A stretch of 64,000 bases of DNA from Desulfobacterales bacterium (GCA_049281435.1 JBAPSB010000069.1:4861-68860); one strand, 5' to 3'; counted from the stretch's first letter, positions 20,688-30,619 are shown. Program-made: numbers and translations. Notes: generated by a model from the sequence alone, not told the origin.

Positions 20688-21692
20688 ATGAAGCTGAAGA
20701 AAGAAATTATTGTCCTGGCGGTGGTTATCCTCGCATTGTCGGTTTATCTGTTCACGCGTCAAACCGACCGCACGCTCTACGACTTGCCGCAACTGCCGCC
20801 GGTCCCGGCCAAGGCCGTCACCCGCATCGACATCGCCGGACCCGCAGGGACGCTGAGCCTCGACCGGGCCGATGACGGCTGGACCATCGGCGAGCAGAAA
20901 TTTCCGGCCGACCGGGCCAAAGTCAGCAAGATGCTCGATGTCATCTCGGATCTTTCCCTGACCAGCCTGGCTTCCGAGTCGGGTGACGACGTTCGGTACG
21001 ACCTGACCGACGATAAAAAGGTTGCGGTCAAGGCCTGGGCCGGCGCCAAACCCGAACGGGAGTTCGCTATCGGCAAGGTCGGCCCTTCGTTCAGGCACAC
21101 GTTCGTCAAACTGGCCGGCGATGCGAAGGTCTATCAGGCGCGGGACAATTTCAGGAATACCTTCGCGCAGAGCGTGGAAGATCTGCGGGACAAGTCGGTT
21201 TTTTCCTTCGCCGCCAGCGATGTTCAGCGAATCGAGCTGACGAAGGCCCGGCAGACCCTGATCCTGGTGCGGCATGAGGCCCCTTTGGACGAAAAAACCG
21301 GCGACGGGAAGCAGGATGCCGACGCCTCCGGAGACGCGGCCGCGGCGCTTAAAGCCAAGATGGTCTGGCAGACCAGCGACGGGCGCACCGCCGATCCCGC
21401 CAAGATCGATCAGCTGCTGGCTGCGGTGTCCCAGTTGGAAGCCGAAAAATACATTCCGGACCAGGTCACCACCGATTTCAAGGATCCGATCTACACTCTG
21501 GAATTAGACGGTCAAAAACCGCACCGACTGGAGATCTTTGCCAAAAAGAATGACACCGATTCGTCCTATCCGGCCGTCTCCTCGGATAGTTCCTATCCCT
21601 TCCTCCTCGCGGACTGGAAGGCCAAACAACTGATGCCGGCGTTCGAGGACCTCGTTAAGCCTTCTAAAGACAACCGGAAACAGGAAAAATAA
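20688..21692 (+). CDS. DUF4340-like protein (N-terminal anchor)
   Basis: 334 aa with a TM/signal anchor. This is the typical partner downstream of GldG-like genes (from memory). Confidence 0.6.
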   Translation: MKLKKEIIVLAVVILALSVYLFTRQTDRTLYDLPQLPPVPAKAVTRIDIAGPAGTLSLDRADDGWTIGEQKFPADRAKVSKMLDVISDLSLTSLASESGDDVRYDLTDDKKVAVKAWAGAKPEREFAIGKVGPSFRHTFVKLAGDAKVYQARDNFRNTFAQSVEDLRDKSVFSFAASDVQRIELTKARQTLILVRHEAPLDEKTGDGKQDADASGDAAAALKAKMVWQTSDGRTADPAKIDQLLAAVSQLEAEKYIPDQVTTDFKDPIYTLELDGQKPHRLEIFAKKNDTDSSYPAVSSDSSYPFLLADWKAKQLMPAFEDLVKPSKDNRKQEK

Positions 21693-21694
21693 TA

Positions 21695-22291
21695 ATGACC
21701 GCACGAAAAAGAAGATGGGAAATACGTATTTGCCTTCTGGTGCTTATCCTGACCGCCTCGACGCCCCTCGCCAGCGCGAGCGCTCAAAAGGACTGGGCCG
21801 CCACGCTTTACACCGGCCGGCTCGTCGACGAATCCCTCGGCAATATCGTGACAGGGGATTTCAAATTCGAGGATGCCTACTATGTCGGGTTGGGGATGAT
21901 GCGCAGAATTTACACCTATCGCCACTATTTCGATCTCGAACTCGAGGGTCAGGTCGACAAGTTCTGGGGGGATCAGGATAACTGGGAATTTGTTTTTCTG
22001 GGCTATTTCCGCTGGCTGGCCTTTCCCTGGGACCGGTATCTGGACACGAGTTTCGCCGCTGGGGCCGGCCTGTCCTACGCCAGTTCCATACCGGAAATCG
22101 AAGTCAAGAACCAAGGCGAATCGGCCAAATTTTTAGGAGCGCTGGCCTTCGAATTCACGTTCTCGCTGCCGAGCGCTCCCCAGTGGAGCCTCGTCACCGC
22201 CATTCATCACCGCTCCGGGGCCGGCGGCCTCATCAACGACATGCACGGCGCTTCCAACGGATTGGGGATAGGGATTCGCTACTGGTTTTAA
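21695..22291 (+). CDS. Outer-membrane beta-barrel protein, possibly PagL-like acyloxyacyl hydrolase
   Basis: Signal peptide ending …ASASA, alternating beta-strand pattern, C-terminal …GIGIRYWF, and an H…SNG motif near the C-terminus. Confidence 0.45.
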   Translation: MTARKRRWEIRICLLVLILTASTPLASASAQKDWAATLYTGRLVDESLGNIVTGDFKFEDAYYVGLGMMRRIYTYRHYFDLELEGQVDKFWGDQDNWEFVFLGYFRWLAFPWDRYLDTSFAAGAGLSYASSIPEIEVKNQGESAKFLGALAFEFTFSLPSAPQWSLVTAIHHRSGAGGLINDMHGASNGLGIGIRYWF

Positions 22292-22477
22292 TCCGTGTCC
22301 ATCCATAAATGGTCTTTTTTCCGCTGGGCGGCCGGTCGTAGCGGGTTTCCGGCTGCGGCGTACATAATGTACGCCTCGCCGTCCCGCCCAGGCGGGATGC
22401 GGCCTTGCCCAGCGAAAAAAATCCACATTTATGAATTGGACACTGAAAAGTGCCTAAAAAAATCACGGATGGGCACA
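22291..22477 (-). mobile_element. MITE-like structured repeat, family 1, copy 2
   Basis: Reverse complement aligns end to end with 7603-7786. It begins at the stop codon of the preceding OMP gene. Confidence 0.8.
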
Positions 22478-22486
22478 AATTAACCC

Positions 22487-25177
22487 CTACCCGCATTTAA
22501 CAGCCTGCGTCATGCCGTCGCTTTCCTCCTGCCATTCCGCGCCCCACTCTTCGGAGGCGGCGGCAGCTGTTGCCAGGGCCTCGAGCCCGGCGGGCTGCAC
22601 CTTGCGATACACCGACCGGTAGTCCCTCTTCTCACCGTCGACCGTCAGCAGATCGTCGGCAACGGAAATACCGAACAGTCTTTCATTCTCCTCGAGGTAG
22701 GGCCGAATCAGGTCCCAGTCCGCCGGCGTCAGGTCCGCGAAGACGCCCCCGTTCAGCTGCCCCGCGACGACCGTCCGGTGCGGATCGCGCAGGTAGATGG
22801 CGCCGCCCGAGGCCAGGGAGAAGAGGTTTGAGCCGGGGTAAGGGCGTTTTCGACCGACAAGCCGGCCGTTCGAATCGAATTCGAGGCCGTTCAGCACGAC
22901 GAAGCCCCCGCCGTTGAGCGGATCACCGGCCATGAAGGACTCGGCCAGAAAGTCCAGACAGGTCCCGTTGATGACCACGCGCGGACGCCCCACGGCATTG
23001 ATCAGCGGCCGCCCGGCGGCGTGGCCCATGACGTAGACCTCACCGCCCTTGGCGCCGTACAGGAAGGTCTGGCCGACGTCGCCGTAAATGACCAGTCTAC
23101 CGCGTTTCATGATCTGGCCCAGTTGGTCCTGGGCGTTGCCGTGGACGTGGATCTCGAGTCCATCGATGCCCGATGCGAGATAATCGCCCGAACTGTCGTA
23201 AACATCGATGCGCACACCCTCGGTATCTTTCGCCAGGCCGCAGCCGGTGAAGCGCTGCCCTTTGTAGGCATGGCAGAGAAACCGCCGCCATCCCATCTTG
23301 TAAGCCGCACAGATCAACCGGGCGTCGCAGGCGTCGCCTTCGGGTGGAAAGTCCCTGGCATTGATCACCAGCACTTTTTCCGCTGCCCGCGGCGGCCGCA
23401 GCGCAGCGCGGCTCGACCAGTCGATCCGGCGGTAGCGGCTGCTGCCGCTCGCATCGATTTTGGGCACATCCGCAAAAATGGCGCTCAGGTGGTCCCGGAC
23501 GATGGCCAGCGTCGAACTACGCTTTTTGGCTCCGGTCGCCAGGCGGCGGTCGTTCAGAAACGTCAGGGTTTCGATGGCTTTGGTCTTGGCGTCATCGTCT
23601 TTTTGGCCCTGCTCCGCCAGTTCGCGGCAGAAATGGCCGAGCGCGGCATAGTCCCACCCGGGAAGATGGGCGGTGCCATAGGCTTTGAGGTCGGTCGTGT
23701 CGGCAGACGCCAGCCCGCGGGCCACCGCGGCGGAAATGCCGGCGCCATTTTCGGCGGCCGCCAGCTCGAGCGACGGCCGGAAGTGCACCTGTCCTTCCGG
23801 CGTGCGAACCGGGGTGCCGAACTTGTTGGTGCAGACCAGCGCCTTCGAGCCGTCGCCCCGCCCGGCGTCCTTGACGGTGAAGATAAAGGCCCCGCCGTCG
23901 GCGGCGCTGCCCCCGCGCGCGTTCCAGTACGTGTCGGCCACCGGGCAGAAGCGATCGTCTTCGGCCGCCAGGTTTCGCAAGGTGGCATCGATGGCCTGCT
24001 TTTCCGAGCAGACCAGGCCGATCTGCACGTCGCCCTCCTGCAGGGCGAACACCTGCGGGCGCAGCATGGAAGTGTCGGTGATCCCGATGAGCTGGAAGTA
24101 ACCGGCATAGGGATTGTTGCGGGCGATGATGAAAAACCAGGGACCGTCCGGAGAAGCCTGGATGTGGGCCGATTGAATCGTGCGGTAGATGCGCTGCTTT
24201 TCGGGCGAGAGCCGGTCGAAATCGTGCTCGGTGGTCGGGGCCATGGCCTCGATGATATAGTCCATCGGATAGTCGAAGGTGCGGTTCAGCAGGTCCAGAA
24301 GCTGCACCGCCACCTCGGTGTCGGTCAGGAACTGGGGATGGATGTTGTGCTGCTTCAAATACTCGCTGACGGCGTGGTAGTTGGCGAAATCGCCGTTGTG
24401 AACCAGGGCCTCGTCCATGCCGTTGAAGGGATGGGCGCCGCCGGGATGCCAGACCCGTCCCTTGGTCGGATACCGCTGGTGGGCGATCCAGCCATGGGCC
24501 TTGAAATCCTCGAGCTGATAATACTCGACGACTTTTTCGGCATAGCCGACAATCTTGAGGATCATCAGGTTGCGGGCGTGGGACAACACGAAGGCTCTCT
24601 GCTCGCCCAGGGAAGCGTAAAACGCCTGGTTGATGCGGGTGGAGTTCTGGCAGATGAACTCGTCCTCGGCCTTTAGGGGGTCCAGTTCCTTCAGGCCGTT
24701 CTCGTCGATGAACCGTGCCAGCACGTTTTTTTTGACGCGCACGAAATAGCGCCAGACATCCGGCGGCTTGACCTCCAGGCCCTCGATGTCGCGGTAGTCA
24801 TCGACGGTCGGAAGCGCCTGGGCCTTGTGTACCTCCAGAAAAGGGGCGATGTTGGCGGCTTCCACTTCATCCCTGGCCGTCGGATCGAGCAGGGCCACTT
24901 GAAGCATATAGTGGGAGTCCAGGATTTCCTGGGTGACACCCAGGCTCTGGGCCGAAAGACCCACCGCGGCGATGCCGCCGCCCTTGCCGTTGCCCCGGTT
25001 GTGCATCTGGACGGAGGGCTCGTGAATGTGGCGCCCCCTGACCGGGATCGATGAAATGAAGCCGGTGACGCCGCATCCGCCCTCTTCGGCGGCTTTCTTG
25101 GCTTGCAGGGCGCCATGGGGGATCCTGGTCCGCGAGGCCAGAATTTTATCTATAATAGACTGATATGATGAATTCAT
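22487..25177 (-). CDS. Glutamate synthase large-subunit parts fused: class-II glutamine amidotransferase domain plus C-terminal GXGXG domain
   Basis: 896 aa. GGCGVTGF catalytic-Cys region after a ~33-aa propeptide. The C-terminus has the HVHGNAQD…YGDVGQ…GAKGGEVYVMG beta-helix repeat pattern. Confidence 0.85.
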   Translation of the reverse strand: MNSSYQSIIDKILASRTRIPHGALQAKKAAEEGGCGVTGFISSIPVRGRHIHEPSVQMHNRGNGKGGGIAAVGLSAQSLGVTQEILDSHYMLQVALLDPTARDEVEAANIAPFLEVHKAQALPTVDDYRDIEGLEVKPPDVWRYFVRVKKNVLARFIDENGLKELDPLKAEDEFICQNSTRINQAFYASLGEQRAFVLSHARNLMILKIVGYAEKVVEYYQLEDFKAHGWIAHQRYPTKGRVWHPGGAHPFNGMDEALVHNGDFANYHAVSEYLKQHNIHPQFLTDTEVAVQLLDLLNRTFDYPMDYIIEAMAPTTEHDFDRLSPEKQRIYRTIQSAHIQASPDGPWFFIIARNNPYAGYFQLIGITDTSMLRPQVFALQEGDVQIGLVCSEKQAIDATLRNLAAEDDRFCPVADTYWNARGGSAADGGAFIFTVKDAGRGDGSKALVCTNKFGTPVRTPEGQVHFRPSLELAAAENGAGISAAVARGLASADTTDLKAYGTAHLPGWDYAALGHFCRELAEQGQKDDDAKTKAIETLTFLNDRRLATGAKKRSSTLAIVRDHLSAIFADVPKIDASGSSRYRRIDWSSRAALRPPRAAEKVLVINARDFPPEGDACDARLICAAYKMGWRRFLCHAYKGQRFTGCGLAKDTEGVRIDVYDSSGDYLASGIDGLEIHVHGNAQDQLGQIMKRGRLVIYGDVGQTFLYGAKGGEVYVMGHAAGRPLINAVGRPRVVINGTCLDFLAESFMAGDPLNGGGFVVLNGLEFDSNGRLVGRKRPYPGSNLFSLASGGAIYLRDPHRTVVAGQLNGGVFADLTPADWDLIRPYLEENERLFGISVADDLLTVDGEKRDYRSVYRKVQPAGLEALATAAAASEEWGAEWQEESDGMTQAVKCG

Positions 25178-25205
25178 CGCTGCTCCTTGATGATAACGAC
25201 GGACA

Positions 25206-26756
25206 CTAAATAATCGTCTGATGTCGCGGCGCTTGCCGATACCGGGCCCGTTCGGCCTCGTCGAGATAATCGAGGTGGACCAGAAGGTCGGAGCGCCCGA
25301 CCAGCTCGCGCACGTTTTGCATGCCGAACTGCCGCAGAATCTCGCACCACTGCCGGCGCCAAGCCATGTACATGTTGACGATGCGCTGTTCGGCGTAGGC
25401 TTCCGATATCATGTGGCCCAGTTCGTGGTCGGTCGAGGCGATGCCGCGGGCACAGCCGCGCCCGCTCTCGCAGTTGCCGCAGCGCACGCACTCCAGGGCG
25501 ACGAGTTCGGCGGTGCCGATAACCACGCCGTCGGCGCCCAGGGCGATCGCCTTGGCCACATCCATGGCGTTGCGGATCCCGCCGCTGGCAATCAGGCAGA
25601 CCTCATCCCGGATACCCTCGTTCTTCAGGAAGTGATGCACCTTGGGGATGGCGTACTCGATCGGCATGGCGATATTTTTCTTGGCGATGTCGGGCGCCGC
25701 ACCGGTTCCGCCGTAGCTGCCGTCGATGTGGACGATGTGGGCGCCGGCGTAGTAACTGCCGACGGCCACCATGTCCACGTCGGTCGGGGTCGAGACCTTC
25801 ACCGAGACCAGGCAGCGGGGATTGATTTCCTTGACCCAGTCGACATGCTTCTTGTGGTCCTCGACCGAATAGACGCTGTGGAAGGGAAAGGGCGAAAAAA
25901 GCGACCGGCCGACCACGGTCTCGCGCATGGCGGCCACCTCGGGCGTCACCTTGTCGCCCAGCAGGTGTCCGCCTAAGCCCGGTTTGGCCCCTTGAGCGTA
26001 CTTGAACTCGATCACCGGGGCGCACTGGATCGTCTCCTCGCTCACCCCGAACAAGCCGGTGGCGACCTGCGTGATGACGTAATCGGCGTAGGGCAGGAAC
26101 TCCTTGGGATACCCCCCTTCGCCGGTGCAGGTAAGGGTGTTCATTCGGGCCGCGGCCCGGGCCCGGCCCGTGAGGGCCGACAGGGCCATCGACCCGTAAG
26201 ACATGCCGCCACTGTAGCACGGCAGCGACAACCGGCGCTCCGGCCGGCCGTCCTGGCGCTTGTTGAGATCGAGCCCCAAATCGATTTCGGCATCGCCGAT
26301 GTCGCGGTAATCGGCCGGGTCCGGCAGCCTGAAGCGGATCTTGTCGAACCCCCCGCCCGAACAGCCGAGGTCGTACTCCAGATCGACAGTGGGCTGATGG
26401 CCGGTTTCGGCCATTTCCCAATGGGCCAGCAGCATTTCGGCCGGCCAGCGGTAGTCCCCGAGGGTTTCCAGGACCGGATTGAGCCGCAGGGTCAGGGCCT
26501 TTTCCGGGCAGCGGTCGATGCAGTAATAGTCGTTTTCCCGGCAGTCGAACCCGATGCACCGGTGTTCGATGGGCCTGAGCGATTTCGAGAATTTTTCGTA
26601 GCGGGGATGGACCCCGTAAGGGCACAGCTCGGCACACAGGCCGCAGGAGATGCAGCGCGAGCTGCGTTTGATGGTATATTTGCCGATCGTGTTGCGAAAC
26701 CGCGACCGGGCTTCGATTGTTTCCGGCAGGTGCGTGATGTGGGGTGGCTGTTTCAT
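25206..26756 (-). CDS. Glutamate synthase FMN/Fe-S (central) domain protein with N-terminal 2x[4Fe-4S] ferredoxin domain (archaeal type)
   Basis: 516 aa. CISCGLCAELCP and CIDRCP cluster motifs. TIM-barrel region with GEGG, ASGGIR, and CxxCxxGxC near the C-terminus. Confidence 0.85.
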   Translation of the reverse strand: MKQPPHITHLPETIEARSRFRNTIGKYTIKRSSRCISCGLCAELCPYGVHPRYEKFSKSLRPIEHRCIGFDCRENDYYCIDRCPEKALTLRLNPVLETLGDYRWPAEMLLAHWEMAETGHQPTVDLEYDLGCSGGGFDKIRFRLPDPADYRDIGDAEIDLGLDLNKRQDGRPERRLSLPCYSGGMSYGSMALSALTGRARAAARMNTLTCTGEGGYPKEFLPYADYVITQVATGLFGVSEETIQCAPVIEFKYAQGAKPGLGGHLLGDKVTPEVAAMRETVVGRSLFSPFPFHSVYSVEDHKKHVDWVKEINPRCLVSVKVSTPTDVDMVAVGSYYAGAHIVHIDGSYGGTGAAPDIAKKNIAMPIEYAIPKVHHFLKNEGIRDEVCLIASGGIRNAMDVAKAIALGADGVVIGTAELVALECVRCGNCESGRGCARGIASTDHELGHMISEAYAEQRIVNMYMAWRRQWCEILRQFGMQNVRELVGRSDLLVHLDYLDEAERARYRQAPRHQTII

Positions 26757-26759
26757 CTG

Positions 26760-28172
26760 TTATCCCAGTCCTGATACTTTGCGTTCTCCGAATATTGGGC
26801 CGAAATGTTCGCGCTCCAGGTCTTCGAACCACATGGAGCGCCCGACTTCGCCGCGCAGCCGGCGGGCCTCCCGAATGCCCATGGCCCCCATGACTTCGAT
26901 CAGCTGGCTGTGCCAGGCGCCGATGAGGTTGACGATCCGCTGGCTGCCCCAGCGCGTGTCGAACGGTTGATCGAGGTCGACCGGACAGCTCAGGCCCTTG
27001 CGGCAGCGGCCGCACAGGCGGCACTCCAGGGCAACCAGCAGGGCCAGGTCGGCCGTGACCGCGTCGGCGCCGCAGATGACGGCCTTGGCCATGTGCTCGG
27101 CCATGGCGATCCCGCCCGAAAAGACCAGGTTGATCCGCTGGCGGGCGGCAATATTCACCAGCTCCAGATGGATCTCGCGGATCATTTCCTTTAAAAACCG
27201 CGGATTCGGTGCGCCGCATTCGTTGCCGTGGTCATCGGCGGTGAAGTGTAGGGAATCGACCCCTGATTTCGCCAAGTCGCGTGCGCGGCCGGCCGCGCGC
27301 GCATCGAGCGGCATGCCGACCATGATCAGCACGTCCGGGTGGTGGCGGCGGACGGCATCGAAGCTGTTTTCGATCCCCGGCGCATCGGCCAGTTCAACGG
27401 CCCGGCTCTGCCGGATCAAATCGCCCTGTGCCGCGATATCCGCGCGCGTCAGGCAGGGTATCAAGCTGTCGGCAAAGGGTTTCAAGGCCGCACCGACATC
27501 CTGCGGCCGGACGAACATCAGGGTTCCCAGCCGCCGCGCGGCTTTGGCCGCCGAGAGCAGGACGGGCTCGCTGACCACCAGGTCCGGTGACAATTGGAAC
27601 AGGAGCGGCAGCGGGATCTCGAGCAGCGGCGGCACCGCCGAGGCCAGGGACATGTCCGGGTTGAATTCCAGCCGGGTGATGCGGTGCGAGAGTTCGACGC
27701 TGGTGTTGATGTACTCGCGGCCGTGGATGCCGTCGCGCGTGGGCCGCACGATCTCGGACATATCGGTCCACATGGCATCGAAGCCGGGTGCCACGAAGGG
27801 GCCGCGATACCCCGCCCCCGAAACCGGTATTTTGCCCATGTGGGCTTGGTACCAGAGCCGGTGCAGCGTGTCCGCGCGCCAGTAGTCGTCGCCCAGGCTG
27901 CGGTAGTCCGGGTTGATCGTGCGCGAGAAAATGCCCTTGGTGCACTCCTGGATACACCGGAAACAGCTCATGCAGGTGTAAAGGTATTCCGGCTCGTCCA
28001 TGGCGCTCATGTGCAGGACGTTTTCCTTGAAGATGTTGTAGACGCATTTCTTCTTGACACATTGGCGGCAGCTGCCGGCACAGTTCTCCCGAAACTCGAT
28101 CGTGGCGTACTTGCCGATCGGGTGGAAGCGCGGCGCCGCGGTTTCCGTGTGGATCTGATACTTCTGGGGCAT
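26760..28172 (-). CDS. Glutamate-synthase-FMN-domain-like paralogue with Cys-rich N-terminus
   Basis: 470 aa. CRQCVKKKC and CMSCFRCIQEC motifs. FSGGIAMAEH…CGADAV…ECRLCGRC resembles the neighbouring FMN-domain protein. GGAGG RBS before the ATG at 28172. Confidence 0.75.
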   Translation of the reverse strand: MPQKYQIHTETAAPRFHPIGKYATIEFRENCAGSCRQCVKKKCVYNIFKENVLHMSAMDEPEYLYTCMSCFRCIQECTKGIFSRTINPDYRSLGDDYWRADTLHRLWYQAHMGKIPVSGAGYRGPFVAPGFDAMWTDMSEIVRPTRDGIHGREYINTSVELSHRITRLEFNPDMSLASAVPPLLEIPLPLLFQLSPDLVVSEPVLLSAAKAARRLGTLMFVRPQDVGAALKPFADSLIPCLTRADIAAQGDLIRQSRAVELADAPGIENSFDAVRRHHPDVLIMVGMPLDARAAGRARDLAKSGVDSLHFTADDHGNECGAPNPRFLKEMIREIHLELVNIAARQRINLVFSGGIAMAEHMAKAVICGADAVTADLALLVALECRLCGRCRKGLSCPVDLDQPFDTRWGSQRIVNLIGAWHSQLIEVMGAMGIREARRLRGEVGRSMWFEDLEREHFGPIFGERKVSGLG

Positions 28173-28276
28173 GGGTGCCTCCAATTTCAGGCTATATATT
28201 TCCGGTTTTCAATCGGCTACCGGACTTTTGTGTGTTGTGGTTCTGCGGGCCGCACGGTGCTTAAAAATCAGGTATG

Positions 28277-28336
28277 CCGGTTTAGCCCGTTGAGCAGGTT
28301 TAGCCGGGTAAGCCCGTTACGTCAGTTGGGTCAGTT
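28277..28336 (+). repeat. Array of degenerate CCGTT-type 9-mers
   Basis: Sequence ccggtttagcccgttgagcaggtttagccgggtaagcccgttacgtcagttgggtcagtt has 9-nt periodicity and the same family as 3196-3225 and 3456-3502. Confidence 0.7.
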
Positions 28337-28448
28337 TATTGAGTGCTCATCAACATAAGGCTGCAATGTTGCCTGAAATCGACGCGCCGGAACCCGGATG
28401 ACCATCGAACGTCCAACATCGAATCCTGAATAAGGAAACGGTGTCGTT

Positions 28449-29384
28449 TTATAAATTCGGCTGCGGGCGCGGCAGGAGACCGACGGCCGCAACGATCTCG
28501 CGCACGACTTCCTCCCACTCGATGGCCATGATGTGAAGGCCGTGAACCCCGTCGATCTGGCGCAGTTCGGCCACCGTCTCGCGGCAGATCTTCAAGCCTT
28601 CCTCGGACGCCTTGTCCTTGGCGACGCCGGCCATGCGCCGGATCAGTTCCTCGGGCACATCCATGCCCGCCACCTTTTGAGACATGTAACGGGCCATGCC
28701 GGCGGATTTAAGCGGGGTCACGCCGGCCAGGATGTGAACCTTCTCCGTCAGGCCTTCCTCGCGCGCCATCTTCATCCATTGTTTGAAGCGCTCCATGTTG
28801 TAGACGCATTGGGTCTGGATGAAGTCGGCCCCCGCCTCGATTTTCTTTGCCAGCCGGATGACCCGGTACTCGAAGGGATCGGCAAACGGATTCGCGGCGG
28901 CGCCGATGAACATCCGCGGCGCTTCCTTGAGCGCAAACCCGCTCATGTCGGTGCCCTCCTCACGCATGTCCCTGACCGTGCGCAGCAGGTTCATCGAGTC
29001 GATGTCGAAGACGTTCAGGGCGTCGGGCTGGCTGCCGAAGCTCTGGTGGTCTCCCGAAAGGCACAGGATATTTCTGATCCCGAGTGAATAAGCCCCTAAG
29101 ATGTCCGACTGCAGCGCAATCCGGTTGCGGTCGCGGGTCACCATCTGCATGACCGGCTCGAGTCCGAGTTTCAGCAGGTGGACGCCGGCGGCAATGCTCG
29201 ACATGCGCACGATCGCCGTCTGGTTGTCGGTCACATTCACGGCATCCGTATATCCCTGGAGCAACAGCCCCTTCCGGCGCACTGCTTCGGGATCGGCCCC
29301 GCGCGGCGGGCCGCATTCGGCCGTCACGGCAAAGCCGCCGCCGGACAAAACGCTCTGCAATCGACTCATGCCACCTGTCTTCAT
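28449..29384 (-). CDS. metF: 5,10-methylenetetrahydrofolate reductase
   Basis: 311 aa. MTHFR TIM-barrel pattern (AVNVTDN, LCLSGDH, IQTQ). Overlaps the metV stop. Confidence 0.88.
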   Translation of the reverse strand: MKTGGMSRLQSVLSGGGFAVTAECGPPRGADPEAVRRKGLLLQGYTDAVNVTDNQTAIVRMSSIAAGVHLLKLGLEPVMQMVTRDRNRIALQSDILGAYSLGIRNILCLSGDHQSFGSQPDALNVFDIDSMNLLRTVRDMREEGTDMSGFALKEAPRMFIGAAANPFADPFEYRVIRLAKKIEAGADFIQTQCVYNMERFKQWMKMAREEGLTEKVHILAGVTPLKSAGMARYMSQKVAGMDVPEELIRRMAGVAKDKASEEGLKICRETVAELRQIDGVHGLHIMAIEWEEVVREIVAAVGLLPRPQPNL

Positions 29385-30049
29385 ATTTCATGATCCTCTC
29401 TGCTGAGTTTGCGGGGCCCGGAAGCCAGGCTGGTACACCAGTTCTTGGGCGGCAGGTACACCTTCAAATTGTCCATCTGCCCCAGAGCCGTCAGGCGCTC
29501 GATGATCAGGTGCCAGGCGCAGTCCGTGTCCGGGTTGACCTCGCACTTGCCCTTGCGCGAGCCGCCGCAAGGGCCGTTCACCAGTTTTTTGGCGCAGCGG
29601 GTAAACGGACAGACGCCACCGAACAGGGCCAGCTGGCAATCCCCGCAGCCGGCGCACTCTTCGGTGAAAAGCCCCGGTTTTTCCAGAACGCCCATGAAGG
29701 TCGTGTTGACACCCGGCAGAACGGGCGTCGTTTTAAACCGCCGGGCCAGAGCCTGAACCCCGGCGCCGCAGGCCAATGACAAAACGGACTGGTTGCGCGC
29801 AATCGCCTCGGCACTCTCCTGGATGAACTCGTCCTCGCACTGCCGCTCGACCGTCAACTCCTCGATGTCGATCTCCCGGCCTTCCATTTTAACCGCCAGG
29901 CGCAAGGCCGAGGCCATCACGGCGACCTCGTCCTCGCCGCCGGCAAAACAGGTTTTGACGCAGGTACCGCATCCCAGCAGCAGGATTTTATTGTAAGGCG
30001 CCACGATTTCCTTGATTTCCGCGATTGATTTCTGTTCCGCTACGATCAT
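29381..30049 (-). CDS. metV: Methylene-THF reductase-associated Cys-rich protein (MetV-like)
   Basis: 222 aa with many Cys (CGTC, CGAG, CAGCGDC, CPFTRC, CGG). Position immediately upstream of metF matches acetogen metVF pairs. Confidence 0.75.
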   Translation of the reverse strand: MIVAEQKSIAEIKEIVAPYNKILLLGCGTCVKTCFAGGEDEVAVMASALRLAVKMEGREIDIEELTVERQCEDEFIQESAEAIARNQSVLSLACGAGVQALARRFKTTPVLPGVNTTFMGVLEKPGLFTEECAGCGDCQLALFGGVCPFTRCAKKLVNGPCGGSRKGKCEVNPDTDCAWHLIIERLTALGQMDNLKVYLPPKNWCTSLASGPRKLSREDHEI

Positions 30050-30134
30050 ACGTCGACTCCAGCCGAGACACGATCATGTCTCATTTCAAGGGAAGCAGCG
30101 CTTCCGATTAGAGGGTCAAGCCGATTAGATGAGG

Positions 30135-30566
30135 TCAATCCGACGCCGCGGCCGGTTGGCGCTGCGCCGCCGGATTGCGGCCCGCTATCTGCACCTGCTC
30201 CAGGACCTCTTGGGCGATGCGGCCCGCGGCCGCGGCGTCACCGGGACGAAGGTTGTAAAGAAACAGCCGCCGTCCGCCGAGGCCGATATCGTCGAGCAGC
30301 GCCTGAACCCAGCGCACGCGTTTTTTGGCGCGCAGATTTCCTTCGACATACCGGCAGGCGCCCTCAGGGCAGACCAAAACGACGACGGCATCGGCACCGG
30401 CCTCGAACGCCCGCAGCAGAAAGACGTCTTTGACCATGCTCGAACAGGGCAATTTGACAAATTTGGAGATGAAGTTATCCCCGCCGGCCAGCGGCGAGGC
30501 ATCGCCCTCGCCCAGGGTATTGATACAGTGAAAAACCGTGATGTGGGGGGTGAATCCGCTATCCAT
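30135..30566 (-). CDS. mvhD: Methyl-viologen-reducing hydrogenase delta subunit-like protein
   Basis: 143 aa. FHCINT…LPCSSMV…LVCPEGACRY pattern typical of MvhD. Confidence 0.85.
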   Translation of the reverse strand: MDSGFTPHITVFHCINTLGEGDASPLAGGDNFISKFVKLPCSSMVKDVFLLRAFEAGADAVVVLVCPEGACRYVEGNLRAKKRVRWVQALLDDIGLGGRRLFLYNLRPGDAAAAGRIAQEVLEQVQIAGRNPAAQRQPAAASD

Positions 30567-30619
30567 ATCATTTTACCCGCTGCTTATTGAAACTGATATT
30601 GACCAAAAAATATTAGCCG

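Noticed and set aside
23021-24676. 551-aa plus-strand ORF opposite the GltB amidotransferase/GXGXG fusion
   Set aside because: Same reasoning: an antisense shadow of a well-supported CDS.
25603-27219. 538-aa minus-strand ORF spanning the junction of the two GltB-FMN-like genes
   Set aside because: It is out of frame with both well-supported CDSs, extremely Arg/Pro/Gly-rich, and crosses their stop/start junction.
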